From Eledone cirrhosa (taxonomy: Eukaryota), in contig OZ024742.1 of assembly GCA_964016885.1 (NCBI GenBank), forward strand, positions 354,144,001 through 354,208,000: a DNA stretch of 64,000 bases, written 5' to 3'. The position numbers were made by a program, and so were the translations under genes. The notes below the pieces were generated by a model. It saw only the letters and a program-made list of their open reading frames with translations. It ran no database searches and had not been told where the DNA came from. Positions 15,961 to 30,381 of this stretch are shown piece after piece. The first letter of the stretch is position 1, and each line of letters begins with the position of its first letter.

Positions 15961-16024
15961 AATTTGTCTGATGAAGGCATAGCATATTGTTAATATGATA
16001 TCCCCGAAATATATATAATGAAAT
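15961..16024 (+). ncRNA. Hammerhead motif of the family B pLTR
   Basis: tttgt CTGATGA Agg...catat-tgtta-atatg...ccc GAAA tatata TA atgaaat; inverted copy at 13085-13148; CTGAGGA variants at ~34711-34775 (-) and ~37610-37672 (+). Confidence 0.65.
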
Positions 16025-16158
16025 AGATATGGTTTTATAAATATAGTTTTCCATTTATTTAATATTGTAAATATACTCCAAGTATTTGTCGAGTGCTTTT
16101 ATATCAGTTATAAATATTTACTAGTTGTAACCCAACAATTTTAAATATAACTTTACAT

Positions 16159-17445
<1,287 letters not shown>

Positions 17446-17529
17446 ACGTTATTCCGGGTTGAATCGGAGGTAACCACAGTAAGTAAGGTACTCAATACAT
17501 TGCAGAGTATAACAGTTTTAATATAGATG

Positions 17530-17580
17530 AGATTATACAGGACTAGAACTGTTTCATTCTTTAGAAATCATCAGGAATCT
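17530..17580 (-). ncRNA. Hammerhead ribozyme (family C)
   Basis: agattc CTGATGA tttc-taaa-gaat GAAA cag-ttctagtc-ctg TA taatct; the mirror copy at 22122-22172 has a perfect stem I but a CTAATGA core. Confidence 0.75.
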
Positions 17581-18155
17581 GGGTATCAAAAAATAAATAT
17601 GGTATTTATAGGTCTCTACAAGTGGTAGGATAGGGTGGGGAGTGGGATGGGTGTAGGTCATTGGTTGATAGAAAAGGAATTCATTAAAAGCTAATTCTAC
17701 AAAGCTATAGTTTATTTTTATTATTATTAATTTTTGTTTTTAGTAACAAAGGCAGACATAATTCTATAAACAGGTTCCGGATGGCATACCATTCCTTGTC
17801 ATTAAGTTTCTCTTAAGCTAACAGATGTCTATAAGATCAGTGGGGGGTCAGTCATGGTAGATATAATTTAAGGAAAGGGAGATTCTTTAAAAGCTAAATT
17901 CATTAAGGTTCTACCTAGTGACAAAGGTTTAGAGAATTCTGTAGACAGATTCAAAATTCTGAGTACATATCTTACAATTATCTTCGAACTTCTCTTAAAC
18001 TAATCAACTATATGCGAAGAATCAACAGACACAGTCAGAAAAAAACACACTCACTCACACACTCGCGCGCAACCATAAACACACATACACATACACATAT
18101 ACACACATAAAAACACACACGCATATATAAATATATTTATATATATATATATACT

Positions 18156-18192
<37 letters not shown>

Positions 18193-18428
18193 TATATTTA
18201 GAAACACACAGATACATGCGGACACACACATATACATGAATGCATCCGCACCCAACTGTGAGTTAAGGGTGCCAACTTCACCGATGTTGCTCAATGAATG
18301 ACTGGGACAGACCAATCCGGTTGAACTAGACTGAACCAGTATCAGAGTTAAAAATACATTATGAAGAGAGAAGAAACATTTAGATATAATTAGTAATAAA
18401 ATGTATCATACCTAAACTGCTCCTAGAT

Positions 18429-18518
18429 TCCTCGACTACGTAGTTTCGTGGCATAAACAAAAACAATACATCATAAAGATATAGAGTCCTCGCGAGGTCT
18501 GCCGACTTATCAAGAGGA
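18429..18518 (-). ncRNA. Decayed hammerhead with long stem II loop
   Basis: tcctc TTGATAA gtcggca...tgccac GAAA ctacgtag TC gagga; two core substitutions relative to CTGATGA. Confidence 0.65.
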
Positions 18519-18712
18519 TACCTCATTTTACTAGTCTCAAGAACGCGTCTACACGACGTGAGAAAGAATCCCAAAAGGCGGAGGGGGAGATAGTCACGTG
18601 ATATAACGGTCGAGAAACAGAGCTAACCCTCTACATATATATATACACTCACACACATACATACATACACACAAATATACATGTGTATACAAATACATAC
18701 ATATACACATAC

Positions 18713-18753
<41 letters not shown>

Positions 18754-18932
18754 ATACATACATATACACAGATATATATATATATATATATACATATACA
18801 CACACATACACACAAACACACACATAAATATATATATATATATATATACATAAACAAATATATACATATACATACACACACATACATATATATATACACA
18901 CGCACATATACACATATATAAGGAAAAAACAC

Positions 18933-19010
<78 letters not shown>

Positions 19011-19235
19011 CACATATATATATATACACATATATATATATATATACAAATATACATATACACATATATATACACATACACACACACACAATATATATAC
19101 ACATATATACATATACACACACACACACATACATACACACATACACACATACATACATACATACATACATACATGTATATATGTATATATATTTGTATAT
19201 GTATGTATGTATGTATGTGTGTATGTGTGTATGTG

Positions 19236-19610
19236 TGTCAGGTCACCAGTTGGTGCTACTGGTAACATGTATCCCAGTACAACCTGTCTCATGGTCGGGT
19301 CATTGGCGACTAAACTGGCAACCCCACCAAGGTTTCTTGGTGAGGAGGGTGACTTTGGACATCCTGCAGGACTAAAAACAAAACCTGTCAAAGGGCAAAG
19401 GAGCTCTTAAGAGTCAATGGCCATCCAAAATCACTGGGAGAGATGACCCCTTAGCCTTTGTCAAGGCAGAATTCTAGGAGAAGGAAAACTCTGATATAAC
19501 ACATGCAACTCTGATGGTATCCAATGATGTTGACTTGTTCTTCTTTTTGGTAAATATCATCTTGGTTAAGAGAGTGGGATTGGCTTTGTGCAGTGCCTTT
19601 GCCCACTATA
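19236..19610 (+). mobile_element. Probable RTE-type LINE 5' UTR fragment
   Basis: Contains ggcagaattctaggagaaggaaaactctga, which I recall as resembling a motif in RTE 5' UTRs (not verified by search). Confidence 0.4.
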
Positions 19611-19693
19611 AAATATATGTGTATATATATATTTGTATATATGTGTATATGTATATTTGTATATATATATATATATATATATATGTGTATATA

Positions 19694-19737
<44 letters not shown>

Positions 19738-19839
19738 GTGCGTTTTCCTTATATATGTGTATATGTGTGTGTGTGTGTTTATATATATATGTATGTGTAT
19801 GTGTGTGTGTGTGTGTGTATGTCTATGTATATATTTGTT

Positions 19840-19875
<36 letters not shown>

Positions 19876-20020
19876 AGGTATCGTAAATAATGAAAAAGTT
19901 TCAAAATAAATTTTAAAAAATTAACTTTACCTACTATAGTTACCTTTACCGATCGGCAGTTTTTGATGGCGCTAGTTTGTGATTTAAATTCAGGAATTTT
20001 ATATTCTTTGAATGAAAAGA

Positions 20021-20104
20021 ACCTTCTGACGAGAATCTTTCTTTGCAACGAAGGCCGTATGGTCTCCGTTTTATTTTTGGGTTTCGAAACCGATCGGTAA
20101 AGGT
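20021..20104 (+). ncRNA. Type I hammerhead, array copy 1
   Basis: acctt CTGACGA gaatc...gtttc GAAA ccgatcgg TA aaggt (one stem II mismatch). Confidence 0.85.
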
Positions 20105-20503
20105 AACTATAGTAGGTAAAGTCAATTTTTTAAAATTTATTTTGAAACTTTTTCATTATTTACTAAACCATGTTTATATTTGTTCTGGCTCGTTAATTTA
20201 TTAACCCGCCATTGAACCACACTGGCATTTGGTTGGACAATACATGCGTACCTTGGCGCCTTGTGCGTGAAGGAACGTATTTCATATTACTACTACCTCC
20301 ACTAACGTTGAGAACAAACTTGGTCATTCCGACTGCTGCTAGTAATAGCTGTGGCTAGTTTGACCTACCTCCTTTTGCCTCTATCTTTGCTACGGCCCTT
20401 GATAAACCTGTTCTACATCATCCACTCTCATCCCAGGAACAGATTTTGATAGCGCTAGTTTGTGATTTAAATTCAGGAATTTTATATTCTTTGAATGAAA
20501 AGA

Positions 20504-20587
20504 ACCTTCTGACGAGAATCTTTCTTTGCAACGAAGGCCGTATAGTCTCCGTTTTATTTTTGGGATTCGAAACCGATCGGTAAAGGT
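20504..20587 (+). ncRNA. Type I hammerhead, array copy 2
   Basis: acctt CTGACGA gaatc...gattc GAAA ccgatcgg TA aaggt; all core positions and stems intact. Confidence 0.92.
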
Positions 20588-20986
20588 AACTATAGTAGGT
20601 AAAGTCAATTTTTTAAAATTTATTTTGAAACTTTTTCATTATTTACTAAACCTTGTTTATATTTGTTCTGGCTCGTTAATTTATTAACCCGCCATTGAAC
20701 CACACTGGCATTTGGTTGGACAATACATGCGTACCTTGGCGCCTTGTGCGTGAAGGAACGTATTTCATATTACTACTACCTCCACTAACGTTGAGAACAA
20801 ACTTGGTCATTCCGACTGCTGCTAGTAATAGTTGTGGCTAGTTTGACCTACCTCCTTTTGCCTCTATCTTTGCTACGGCCCTTGATAAACCTGTTCTACA
20901 TCATCCACTCTCATCCCAGGAACAGTTTTTGATAGCGCTAGTTTGTGATTTAAATTCAGGAATTTTATATTATTTGAATGAAAAGA

Positions 20987-21070
20987 ACCTTCTGACGAGA
21001 ATCTTTCTTTGCAACGAAGGCCGTATGGTCTCCGTTTTATTTTTGGGATTCGAAACCGATCGGTAAAGGT
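20987..21070 (+). ncRNA. Type I hammerhead, array copy 3
   Basis: Same core and stems as copy 2. Confidence 0.92.
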
Positions 21071-21243
21071 AACTATAGTAGGTAAAGTCAATTTTTTAAA
21101 ATTTATTTTGAAACTTTTTCATTATTTACTAAACCTCGTTTATATTTCTTCTGGCTCGTTAATTTATTAACCCGCCATTGAACCACATTAGCATTTGGTT
21201 GGACAATACATGCGTGCCTTGGCGCTTTGTGCGAGAAGGAACG

Positions 21244-21303
<60 letters not shown>

Positions 21304-21513
21304 TTGTGTGTATGTGTGTGTATATGTATATATATATATATATCTGTGTATATGTATGTATTATATATATATATATATATATGTGTATATATATATATGT
21401 ATGTGTATCTGTATGTATTTGTATACACATGTATATTTGTGTGTATGTATGTATGTGTGTGAGTGTATATATATGTGTATATATGTGTGTGTGTGTGTGT
21501 ATATATATATGTA

Positions 21514-21556
<43 letters not shown>

Positions 21557-22173
21557 ATATATATATATATAAATATATTTATATATGTGTGTGTGTTTTT
21601 ATGTGTTTTTATGTGTATGTGTATGTGTGTTTATGGTTGCGCGCGAGTGTGTGAGTGAGTGTGTTTTTTTGTGAATGTGTCTGTTGATTTTGGCATATAG
21701 TTGATTAGTTTAAGAGAAGTTCGAAGATAATTGTAAGATATGCACTCAGTATTTTGAATCTGTCTACAGAATTCTCTAAACATTTGTCACTTGGTAGAAC
21801 CTTAATGAATTTAGCTTTTAAAGAATCTCCCTTTCCTTTAATCCTATCTACCATGACTGACCCCCCACTGATCTTATAGACATCTGTTAGCTTAAGAGAA
21901 ACTTAATGACAAGGAATGGTATGCCATCCGGAACCTGTTTATAGAATTCTGTCTGCCTTTGTTACTAATAACAAAAATTAATAAAAATAAAATATAGCTC
22001 TGTAGAATTAGCTTTTAATGAATTCCTTTTCTATCAACCAATGACCTACACCCATCCCACTCCCCACCCTCTCCTACCACTTGTAGAGACCTATAAATAC
22101 CATATTTATTTTTTGATACCCAGATTCCTAATGATTTCTAAAGAATGAAACAGTTCTAGTCATGTAGAATCTC

Positions 22174-22175
<2 letters not shown>

Positions 22176-22205
<30 letters not shown>

Positions 22206-22227
22206 ATATTTATATATATATATATAT

Positions 22228-22259
<32 letters not shown>

Positions 22260-22590
22260 ATAATAATATATATATATATAATAATATATATATATATATA
22301 ATATATATATATATATAATATATATATATATAATATATATATATTTATAATATATATATATAATAATATATATATATAATAATATATATATATATATATA
22401 TAAAATATATATATATATAATAATATATATATATAATAATATATATATATATATATATATAAAATATATATATATATAATAATATATATATATATATATA
22501 ATATATATATATATAATATATATATATATAATATATATATATATAATATATATAATATATATATATATAATATATATATATTAATATATA

Positions 22591-22676
<86 letters not shown>

Positions 22677-22696
22677 TATATATATATATATATATA

Positions 22697-22746
<50 letters not shown>

Positions 22747-22751
22747 TATAT

Positions 22752-22785
<34 letters not shown>

Positions 22786-22827
22786 ATATATATATATATA
22801 ATATATATATAATATATATATATAATA

Positions 22828-22858
<31 letters not shown>

Positions 22859-22975
22859 ATAGATATATATATATATATATTTTATATAAATATATATATA
22901 TATATACTAGATATATATATATATATTTTATATAAATATATATATATATATATATAGATATATATATATATATAC
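22176..22975. repeat. Interrupted (TA)n satellite
   Basis: Directly visible. Confidence 0.95.
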
Positions 22976-23149
22976 GGGATAACAAATTATTGTTATAGGT
23001 AGTCCACTTAGATGTAGTCCAGTTAGGGAGTAGTGGATAGTGGATAGTGCTAACGCTTGACTAAGTTTGACTCAACAAGACGTTTCCATAGTGATGCTGC
23101 GAGTACGCGGTGATTTCTATGTAGTTTACACTTGGAGTAATAAAAAAAA

Positions 23150-23463
23150 CAAGAAAGAAGAGTGACATGGTTTTCTATACAATAGGGGCTTTATTGACAT
23201 TGCTGATAATTGTTTCTCTGAAATGGTAGGTCTAGAGACCGCTACCCGCCTGTTTTTGCGTCAATCGATCACCAATACTTTGTTATAAAAAGTCTATTCA
23301 TCAGAGCATGCGAGAATAGACTGGTTATAACAAAGTATTGGTGATTGATTGACGCAAAAAGAGGCGGGTAGCGATCTCTAGACCTACCATTTCAGAGAAA
23401 CAATTTTCAGGAATGTGAATAAAGACCTTATTGTATAGCAAACCATGTCACTCTTCTTTCTTG
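23150..23463. repeat. Fold-back palindrome (~150-bp arms) with a hammerhead-like motif on the minus strand (23201-23308)
   Basis: Arms aagaaagaagagtgacatgg... / ...ccatgtcactcttctttcttg; minus strand reads tgct CTGATGA...GAAA caatta TC agca. Confidence 0.8.
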
Positions 23464-23489
23464 CTTTACACACACACACACATACATAG

Positions 23490-23532
<43 letters not shown>

Positions 23533-23537
<5 letters not shown>

Positions 23538-23683
23538 CCGTCTATTTCAGAAATAGCCGTCTAAACGTCTTGGGCACTGCCGTCGGGGTTAAACATTTAC
23601 CTATTACCCACTCTACTACCCTAAGTATTGAGTACTGTGGTGCGTCCTGGTCCATCTGGTTCCTTACGACATTTCCTTCGTTA
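23533..23683 (+). repeat. Dispersed short repeat carrying the 3' half of a hammerhead (family G)
   Basis: Reverse-complement match to 62045-62180. Confidence 0.75.
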
Positions 23684-24491
23684 TGTATATATATATATAT
23701 ACATATGCGCATAATAACATACATGGAACTCTTTTAACCATCTTTGTTCTTATATATTATATATATATACATATATATAATTTGTTGTAATTTGTCTGAA
23801 GTAGTGTGTTGAGTGTGTGTTTGTTAATCCGAGCATTCTGTTCATATTGCGTTAATACATAGAAGAAAAGTGAATGGTTATTCTTACAACGAAAACGAAA
23901 GTATCACTTGTAAACTTCAAATGGATATTTACGAGTTAGAATCAGATTTATATACAAATGAATGTTAAAATATCCTTCTGCTTCCTTTCGTTTTTGATAA
24001 ATGATTCCAGTTGCTGCTTCACGTCAAGCAGAAGACGGCAAACTGTACAATAATCTTCCCCTAACTGGTTGTTTTGTGGTAGAGTACGTAGCAGTGGAGA
24101 TCTCAAGCGTTCTTGGCCGCCGGGCGACATCCCAACTTAATGTTATCGGAGCGGTTGGATGCCGACAGGTGCGAGCCACGCCAGCTGGAGCGGCAGCTGC
24201 AGTGCGTCCCCCTCACCGTCCGCTGGGCCAACACATTTTCTATCCTCTCGCCTTGTCGCATGGGTGGAGCGTAAGTTGTTTGTAGATGGAATAAACATCT
24301 TCGCACGTCACATATTAACATATACTTAATATGACAATAAATAGATTTTTTGTAATATCATAGAGGTTGGATCGAATTTTTATAATGGTCATGTACAAAG
24401 AAAAGTAATAATTGATGGGAACAGAGATCATACCAACCATTATTAATCCAAAATTAATCTTTAAAATATTTTAGTTGGAAATAAAGAAAAG

Positions 24492-24712
24492 CAGTAACAC
24501 TCACCATTGCCTTCACATTCAATCTCATGCATTGGAGTAGTATTACTGTATTTTAGTGTTTTAAATGGAAAACAATGTATGTCTTTTTAATGCTAGAAGT
24601 AAATCCTTCTAACGTTAAAAAGCCATACATTGTTTTCCATTTAAAACACTTAATACATTATTACTATTCCAATACATGGGATTGAATATGAAGGCGATGG
24701 TGAGTGTTACTG
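24492..24712. repeat. Palindromic MITE-like/fold-back element (~105-bp arms)
   Basis: cagtaacactcaccattgccttca... / ...tgaaggcgatggtgagtgttactg. Confidence 0.85.
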
Positions 24713-26041
24713 AGGTGCGTTCAACTGATATCATTCACTGCTGCCGTCCATCTTGTTTTCCATCTCTCACTGTCGCAAGCAAACGGGAGCCAACGCTGTC
24801 ACTACTCGGTGGATCCGGCGTACAGAATATGGGAGCTGTATCCCCGGAGGAAGGGGAGTGAGATGGGTTGGCAGAGCCATTCCAGCTCACATTCACTTAT
24901 AAATCAACCTCATGCCTGAGCTTGCTACACGGACGTGTATTCTAACATCCTCATAAATATGGACATTAGCATTAATGTGATAATGAGCAACGTAGATGTA
25001 AGCAGTATCGCTAGAAACAAATATAATGAGAAATAACTAAAATGGGTTTCCATTCCATTATTTGGATTCAGAATTTCTTGCAATATGATTCATTAGATTA
25101 ATAACAATAAGCCAATAAAATCAAAAGTGAATTTTAAAATGTTATATTATCTTAAGCCAGTAATAAAACTGTAAGATCAGGAAATATTAATAAAACAATA
25201 TAATAAAAGGTCGAAGGAAAGCAAAATCAACAATACAAGACATTGACAACATTACGTTGTATGTAATCAAAATACAACAAACATTTTCGTTAGAAGAGCC
25301 GACAGTTATTGCCACATTACTACTGTGTGCTTCAAGTAGCAGTGGCCTTTAGCATTACAAACATACAAAACATTAGACGTTCTAAATCATACTTTCATTA
25401 GATAAAAAAATATGTTTATAGGTTTATGTAGTTTATTTATAATTATTTCATTTTTATTAGGAATTCTTCCCCCTCCTTAATATATCTCAAATCTGCACCC
25501 TTTGTCTCTTATCATTCCATCTTAATTGTATCTCCGCAATCTATCATGTCAGTTCGTGACAGCTAATCACTCTACAAGAGAAATATTTTTTAGAAAATGA
25601 ATGAATTTAATGGAGGAATCATTTTGATTATTTGGCCTAACAAAAGAATAAAAAATAGGTTAGACGAATTCGAACAAAAGGTCCTGTCAGAATTGTTCAT
25701 TTAACTCTAATCAATAATAATGGTGTTTATCAATTAAAGTAAACCTATGAGAATTGATTTCTCAATCATCAATAAATTCATTTTCAAAATCTATAAATTA
25801 ACTACTAAATTTGCAATTAATAGTTATATTGTTTATTTCATTTAATTCATGCATATATACATAGGCATATTAACATATATCCATTATTACTCTGTCATAA
25901 ACATACGGACAACTATGGATACAGTATATTGTCACTCTCATTGTCTCTCTCTATATACATGCGCGCACACACACACACATCTACCCACACACACATACAC
26001 ACGCCAACACAGACATACACACATACACGCACACACACACA

Positions 26042-26107
<66 letters not shown>

Positions 26108-26203
26108 CGAGCTAGGCAATTAGATTTCGTCTACCATCGCCAGTATCCACTCACTCGATAATATTACAAAATTCGTGTCAGATTGTTCATCAAGGGGCTT
26201 GGT

Positions 26204-26261
<58 letters not shown>

Positions 26262-26696
26262 TGGCAAATCGTATGATGAAACTGATACTGTTATATTCTT
26301 CAGAATAACGTCCTATTTAAAACACATGAAATGAACGAAATGAATCTCACTTCGTTTTCAGAATAGATATTGTTTAATAATTGGGGTAATAATGTTGGTT
26401 ACCGTTCAGTAATCATGTCAATCATAAATTGAACAAATTTAGGAAAAGACGTGTAACGTTTCCATTCATCGATTATTTTATCAAACAAATGGATATTTAA
26501 TTTCTATTATGAATTTACCAGTCTTTGATTCCTCCTCGTTTCGTCTTTTCTCGAATTATTCCATATTTCTTGTCAATTTGATAACGGAAACGTGACACAG
26601 AGTGAAAAAATTATCCATAAGAGAGCAAAACGACGTGTGGTGAAAGAGGTTTAGTAATTAAATAAATGTAAATGAATTAATAGCCTGGCTAAAAAT

Positions 26697-27005
26697 TGTT
26701 TCTACTTTTGGCACAAGGCCAGCAATTACCCAGTATATTACTAGTACTTTATTTTATCGAACCCCGTAAGGATCAAAGACAAAGTTTACTTCGACGGGAT
26801 TTGAATTCATAGCCTGACTAATAATTGTTTCTACTTTAGGCACAAGGCCAGCAACTACCCAGTGCCTTACTGGTACTTTATTTTATCGACCCCGTAAGGA
26901 TGAAAGGCAAAGTCAACCTCGGCGGGATTTGAACTCAGATCGTAAAGGGACGTAACTATGCTGGGAAGCATGGCGTCCGACCCTCTACCGATACTACCAA
27001 TCCTC
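26697..27005 (-). mobile_element. Two adjacent SINE copies (5'-truncated 26697-26808; full 26826-27005)
   Basis: Reverse complement of the 6109 family; TSDs atagcctg(g/a)ctaa and actaataat (26817-26825, 27006-27014). Confidence 0.88.
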
Positions 27006-27056
27006 ACTAATAATGAAGTCTTGCATGTTGTGCAAAAGACTAGAAATATTGCGGAA

Positions 27057-27150
27057 TGGTACTTTTGTTGATCGACTTCGGAAGAATGAAAGGCATATAC
27101 TAGTTTGGTGGGATTTGAACTGAGAAGGTAAAGGGCCACAACAAATAATA
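27057..27150 (-). mobile_element. Old degenerate SINE fragment
   Basis: ggtactttt...atcgac...atgaaaggc...gggatttgaact. Confidence 0.55.
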
Positions 27151-27442
27151 GTTGGAGAGTAGGCTCGTAAGATCTCTTACCGGAAACTATGGCCTATTAG
27201 CTGGCAAGAGATAATGTCCATTTCTTACATACATTAAGTGTAATGCATGCCCAATTATTAAAACTATATTGCTATAGTAGAAACAAAATATTACCAGTGA
27301 TATAAAGCTGTGCTCATTGAATCTACTCAATCGTTCACACACCCAGACACATAGAGACACTGATGCACACACGCATACACACACACACACACACACACAC
27401 ACTCACGCGCACGCACAGACACGCACACACACACACACACAC

Positions 27443-27492
<50 letters not shown>

Positions 27493-28469
27493 ACGCACAC
27501 ACACATACATATATAACATCTATACTCGCCTGCGATAGCCAAAACCTCTATTGTTAGTAACTTAGTATTTCACAGTATTACTACAGTAGGTAGTTGCATA
27601 CACCTCGATACATTACCCATGCTAATATACAGTAATTATAAGATATAAATCAATTGCTCTATGCTAGTCCGTTAGGTGTCCTCGATAGAAGTAAAAGAGT
27701 AGATATTTATAAGATTCACGAGTCCTTGTTCATGTGTATTTTTATTCACTAGAACGTGTGATTTGATGCAGAGAATCATTAACATTACTGTAATACATTG
27801 TGTTATTTTATTTTATTCGTTTAACAATTAGTTGGTTATCTGACACTGATGGATACTTACGGTACTTTGATTTCTAGTTTGAATTAAAAGCTTGTTAAAA
27901 GTATTAACCATGCAGTCATCTACTCCGTATATTAAACCTTTAAAAATGATCTAAGTAATTCGACTATTCCACGAGTATATACGGTTTATGAGGGAGCGCA
28001 TGGCTATTCCGCCGGGAGTGCGACGCCACTATTACGTATTAGGATATCATTCTAAGTGGTGGAAAACTCGGAGTAAAACCTGCTACACGTTGGTAACCAA
28101 TGATGTTGGCCTAATCTTATTTGTGAATATATGTCACCGTTGTTCGGAGAAGTACATTTATTCAAACCCAAGCATTTCTTCCCTTAAAAAATATTCAAGC
28201 ACAGGCATAACTTGATCAAAATAACCATTATGTGTACTGCATGAACATGCCTTTTGTACCTTTTGAGAAATTGTCACAGATGAAAAAAAAAAAAGTTTAA
28301 ACAGCCTTGTGTGAGATTGGGAGAACACGCTGACATTTCTGTGATATATATACCGACGAAAATAGAGAAATGTTGCTTCAACGAGGCAACATATATTTTT
28401 AGTGTATATAATATAAACGTATTATATACGGTTATATCTATTTTCATATACACTTCTATCCCATTCACA

Positions 28470-28522
<53 letters not shown>

Positions 28523-28523
28523 A

Positions 28524-28710
28524 ATGAATATATGTTAGGGATATACACTGATACAAGTATACATGTGTTAGCATTGCAAATGACCAAGTTAGCTAGATTG
28601 AAAAATACTAATTAAAATAATAATTAGTATCTTTCAATCTAGCTAACTTAGTCATTTGCAATGCGAATACATGTATACTTGTATCAGTGTTTATCGCTAT
28701 CATATATTCA
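28524..28710. repeat. Palindrome with ~90-bp arms
   Basis: atgaatatatg...aatactaatta / taattagtat...catatattcat. Confidence 0.85.
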
Positions 28711-28796
28711 TGTCGGAAATATTCCTCTGTTTGAGCTATTTACAGGACCAGGATGTTTTCATTCTGAGGATTGAAAGCAACAATTTCTGCTTTTAA

Positions 28797-28927
28797 GAAA
28801 TAATTTTTTTTAAGAAAAACATTTTTTTTCTAATCCGGAAAAAAATTATTTTTAGATTTTTTGAAGAAAATAAATTTGTTGAAAGCACAAGTGAAGCCAT
28901 TTTTTCTTCCCCCCCTGTCTTAATATA
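28797..28927 (+). repeat. Dispersed repeat shared with 39363-39492
   Basis: aaataatttttttt...tccggaaaaaaattattttt...gaaagcaca.gtgaagccatttttt...ctgtcttaatata in both. Confidence 0.8.
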
Positions 28928-29016
28928 TATATAGACTACCTCTTTCAGACGCGGAACTCTGGATTAACACTATAGACGAGAGAGCCCAAATTCTTCACTC
29001 ACACTATGTTAAACCC

Positions 29017-29921
29017 ATGGCCTCCAAATACCTGATACTCAAAAACTCAGCAATGTCCAGTAGTGCTAAGTTTAATATTCTGATCGCAGATTTGGTACGA
29101 GTGATGAAGAATGTGTCCCGCATGTGCGACCCAACAGAAATGGAAAGACACATCCAACACTTCATCAACCGCATGCAGTTCTCTGGCTACAAGCAAAGAG
29201 ACAGAGTGAAGTATACGAAGGAGCCATGGAAAAGTATAAGACCCTCTTAGAACTGGACATGAAAGGAATTTGCCCATTATACAGGAGCAAATCATGGAAT
29301 AGTTTAGATAGGGCTAGACATAAGATAGGGAAAGCCACATCATGGTACGACAACCAGAGATACCAGAGTGTCATGTTTGTGGACGCCACCCCTGGGGGGA
29401 AATTAGCTAACCAGTTTAGAAAGGCCCTGAGAAAGACCAACTTAAAAATAAAGGTGGTAGAAAAGCCAGGAACCACCATAAAATCGCTGATCAGCAAAAC
29501 CTACCCTTTTAAGAAAACCCACTGTACCAATAGGAAATGTATCATATGTAAGGTGAACCCCCGGATAACCTGTAAAACTAGAAACGTAGTCTATAGCATA
29601 AGATGTACAGAGGGTACTTGCAGAAACATGACAACAACATACATAGGTGAGACAGCTCGTAGCATAGGTGAAAGGATAGACCAACACTGGGGGGAACTAA
29701 AAGGACGAAAACACGGGTCAGTACTATACGAACATGCTAGACAACAACATGAGGGTAACATAGACAACATAGAAATTAGAATAATATCTAAACATAGAAA
29801 TGACCCTGCAGGTAGGCAAATCAGAGAGGCCAGTGAAATAGAAATTAGAAGACCAAAGCTAAACAGAAAGATTGAATGGAATAACAACAGCACCCAAACA
29901 AACAACACTGACGTAAGATAA
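29017..29921 (+). pseudogene. Upstream partial copy: RT thumb + GIY-YIG, frameshifted
   Basis: Matches the C-terminal part of 32027-34018, with a frameshift near 29208. Confidence 0.9.
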
Positions 29922-30163
29922 GTATAAATAAGTAAATAAAATAAGATAAATAAATACATACACAACCAAAATAACAACAAGCACATAAACACACACTAGT
30001 CACCCATCACACAGCTAACATAACACTATACACACACGCAAACGCATGCGCAAAGAAGACAAAATAAAATAAACAAACAAGCAAATAAATAAATAAATAT
30101 ATAGACAGACTGAATAAAAAATGGCGTAGACATACAACACAACAGGAGGAAAATATAACACCA

Positions 30164-30191
30164 CTGACGATGTTGCAGATGTGCAACGAAA
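30164..30191 (+). ncRNA. Hammerhead core in the pLTR (second copy 34255-34282)
   Basis: CTGACGA t gttgca-gatg-tgcaac GAAA; stems I and III not convincingly resolved. Confidence 0.5.
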
Positions 30192-30381
30192 GATTTATGA
30201 TAAACTATATATACATGTGTTTGTGTCTATATTGTATCTGTATTATTTTTGACCGTCAGTCAGTTAATGGCAACATTGAGGACCGAGTAAGTTAGATTAC
30301 CGATATAAAAGACAGCGAGAAGCGAAAACCAACCAAACAGTGAGTGTGTTCTGTTATTAATTCTGGCAATATTACACAAAT

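Larger units (their letters stand above)
13064..16158 (+). mobile_element. 5'-truncated Penelope-like element (family B, copy 1) with inverted 5' pLTR piece
   Basis: 13064-13320 is the reverse complement of ~15775-16043; the sense part starts IVNFLDITLNL and runs through the GIY-YIG ORF to a long 3' pLTR. Confidence 0.92.
19883..21250 (+). mobile_element. 483-bp tandem array (~2.7 units), one hammerhead per unit, with a 74-bp inverted 5' piece; retrozyme-like
   Basis: Near-identical units with predicted cleavage sites at 20099, 20582 and 21065; 19883-19956 is the reverse complement of 20090-20163. Confidence 0.92.
17446..22175. mobile_element. Large non-coding fold-back element with HHR-bearing pLTR-like arms and nested inserts
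   Basis: 17528-18150 is the reverse complement of ~21570-22175; the microsatellite block 18630-19100 mirrors 19612-19870 plus 21290-21470. Confidence 0.8.

Noticed and set aside
19236-19330. Possible HDV-like ribozyme in the putative RTE 5' fragment
   Set aside because: Could not assemble a consistent P1/P2/P3/L3 nested pseudoknot by eye
20390-21091. Repeated 72-aa minus-strand ORFs
   Set aside because: Antisense by-products of the 483-bp HHR unit with non-ATG starts
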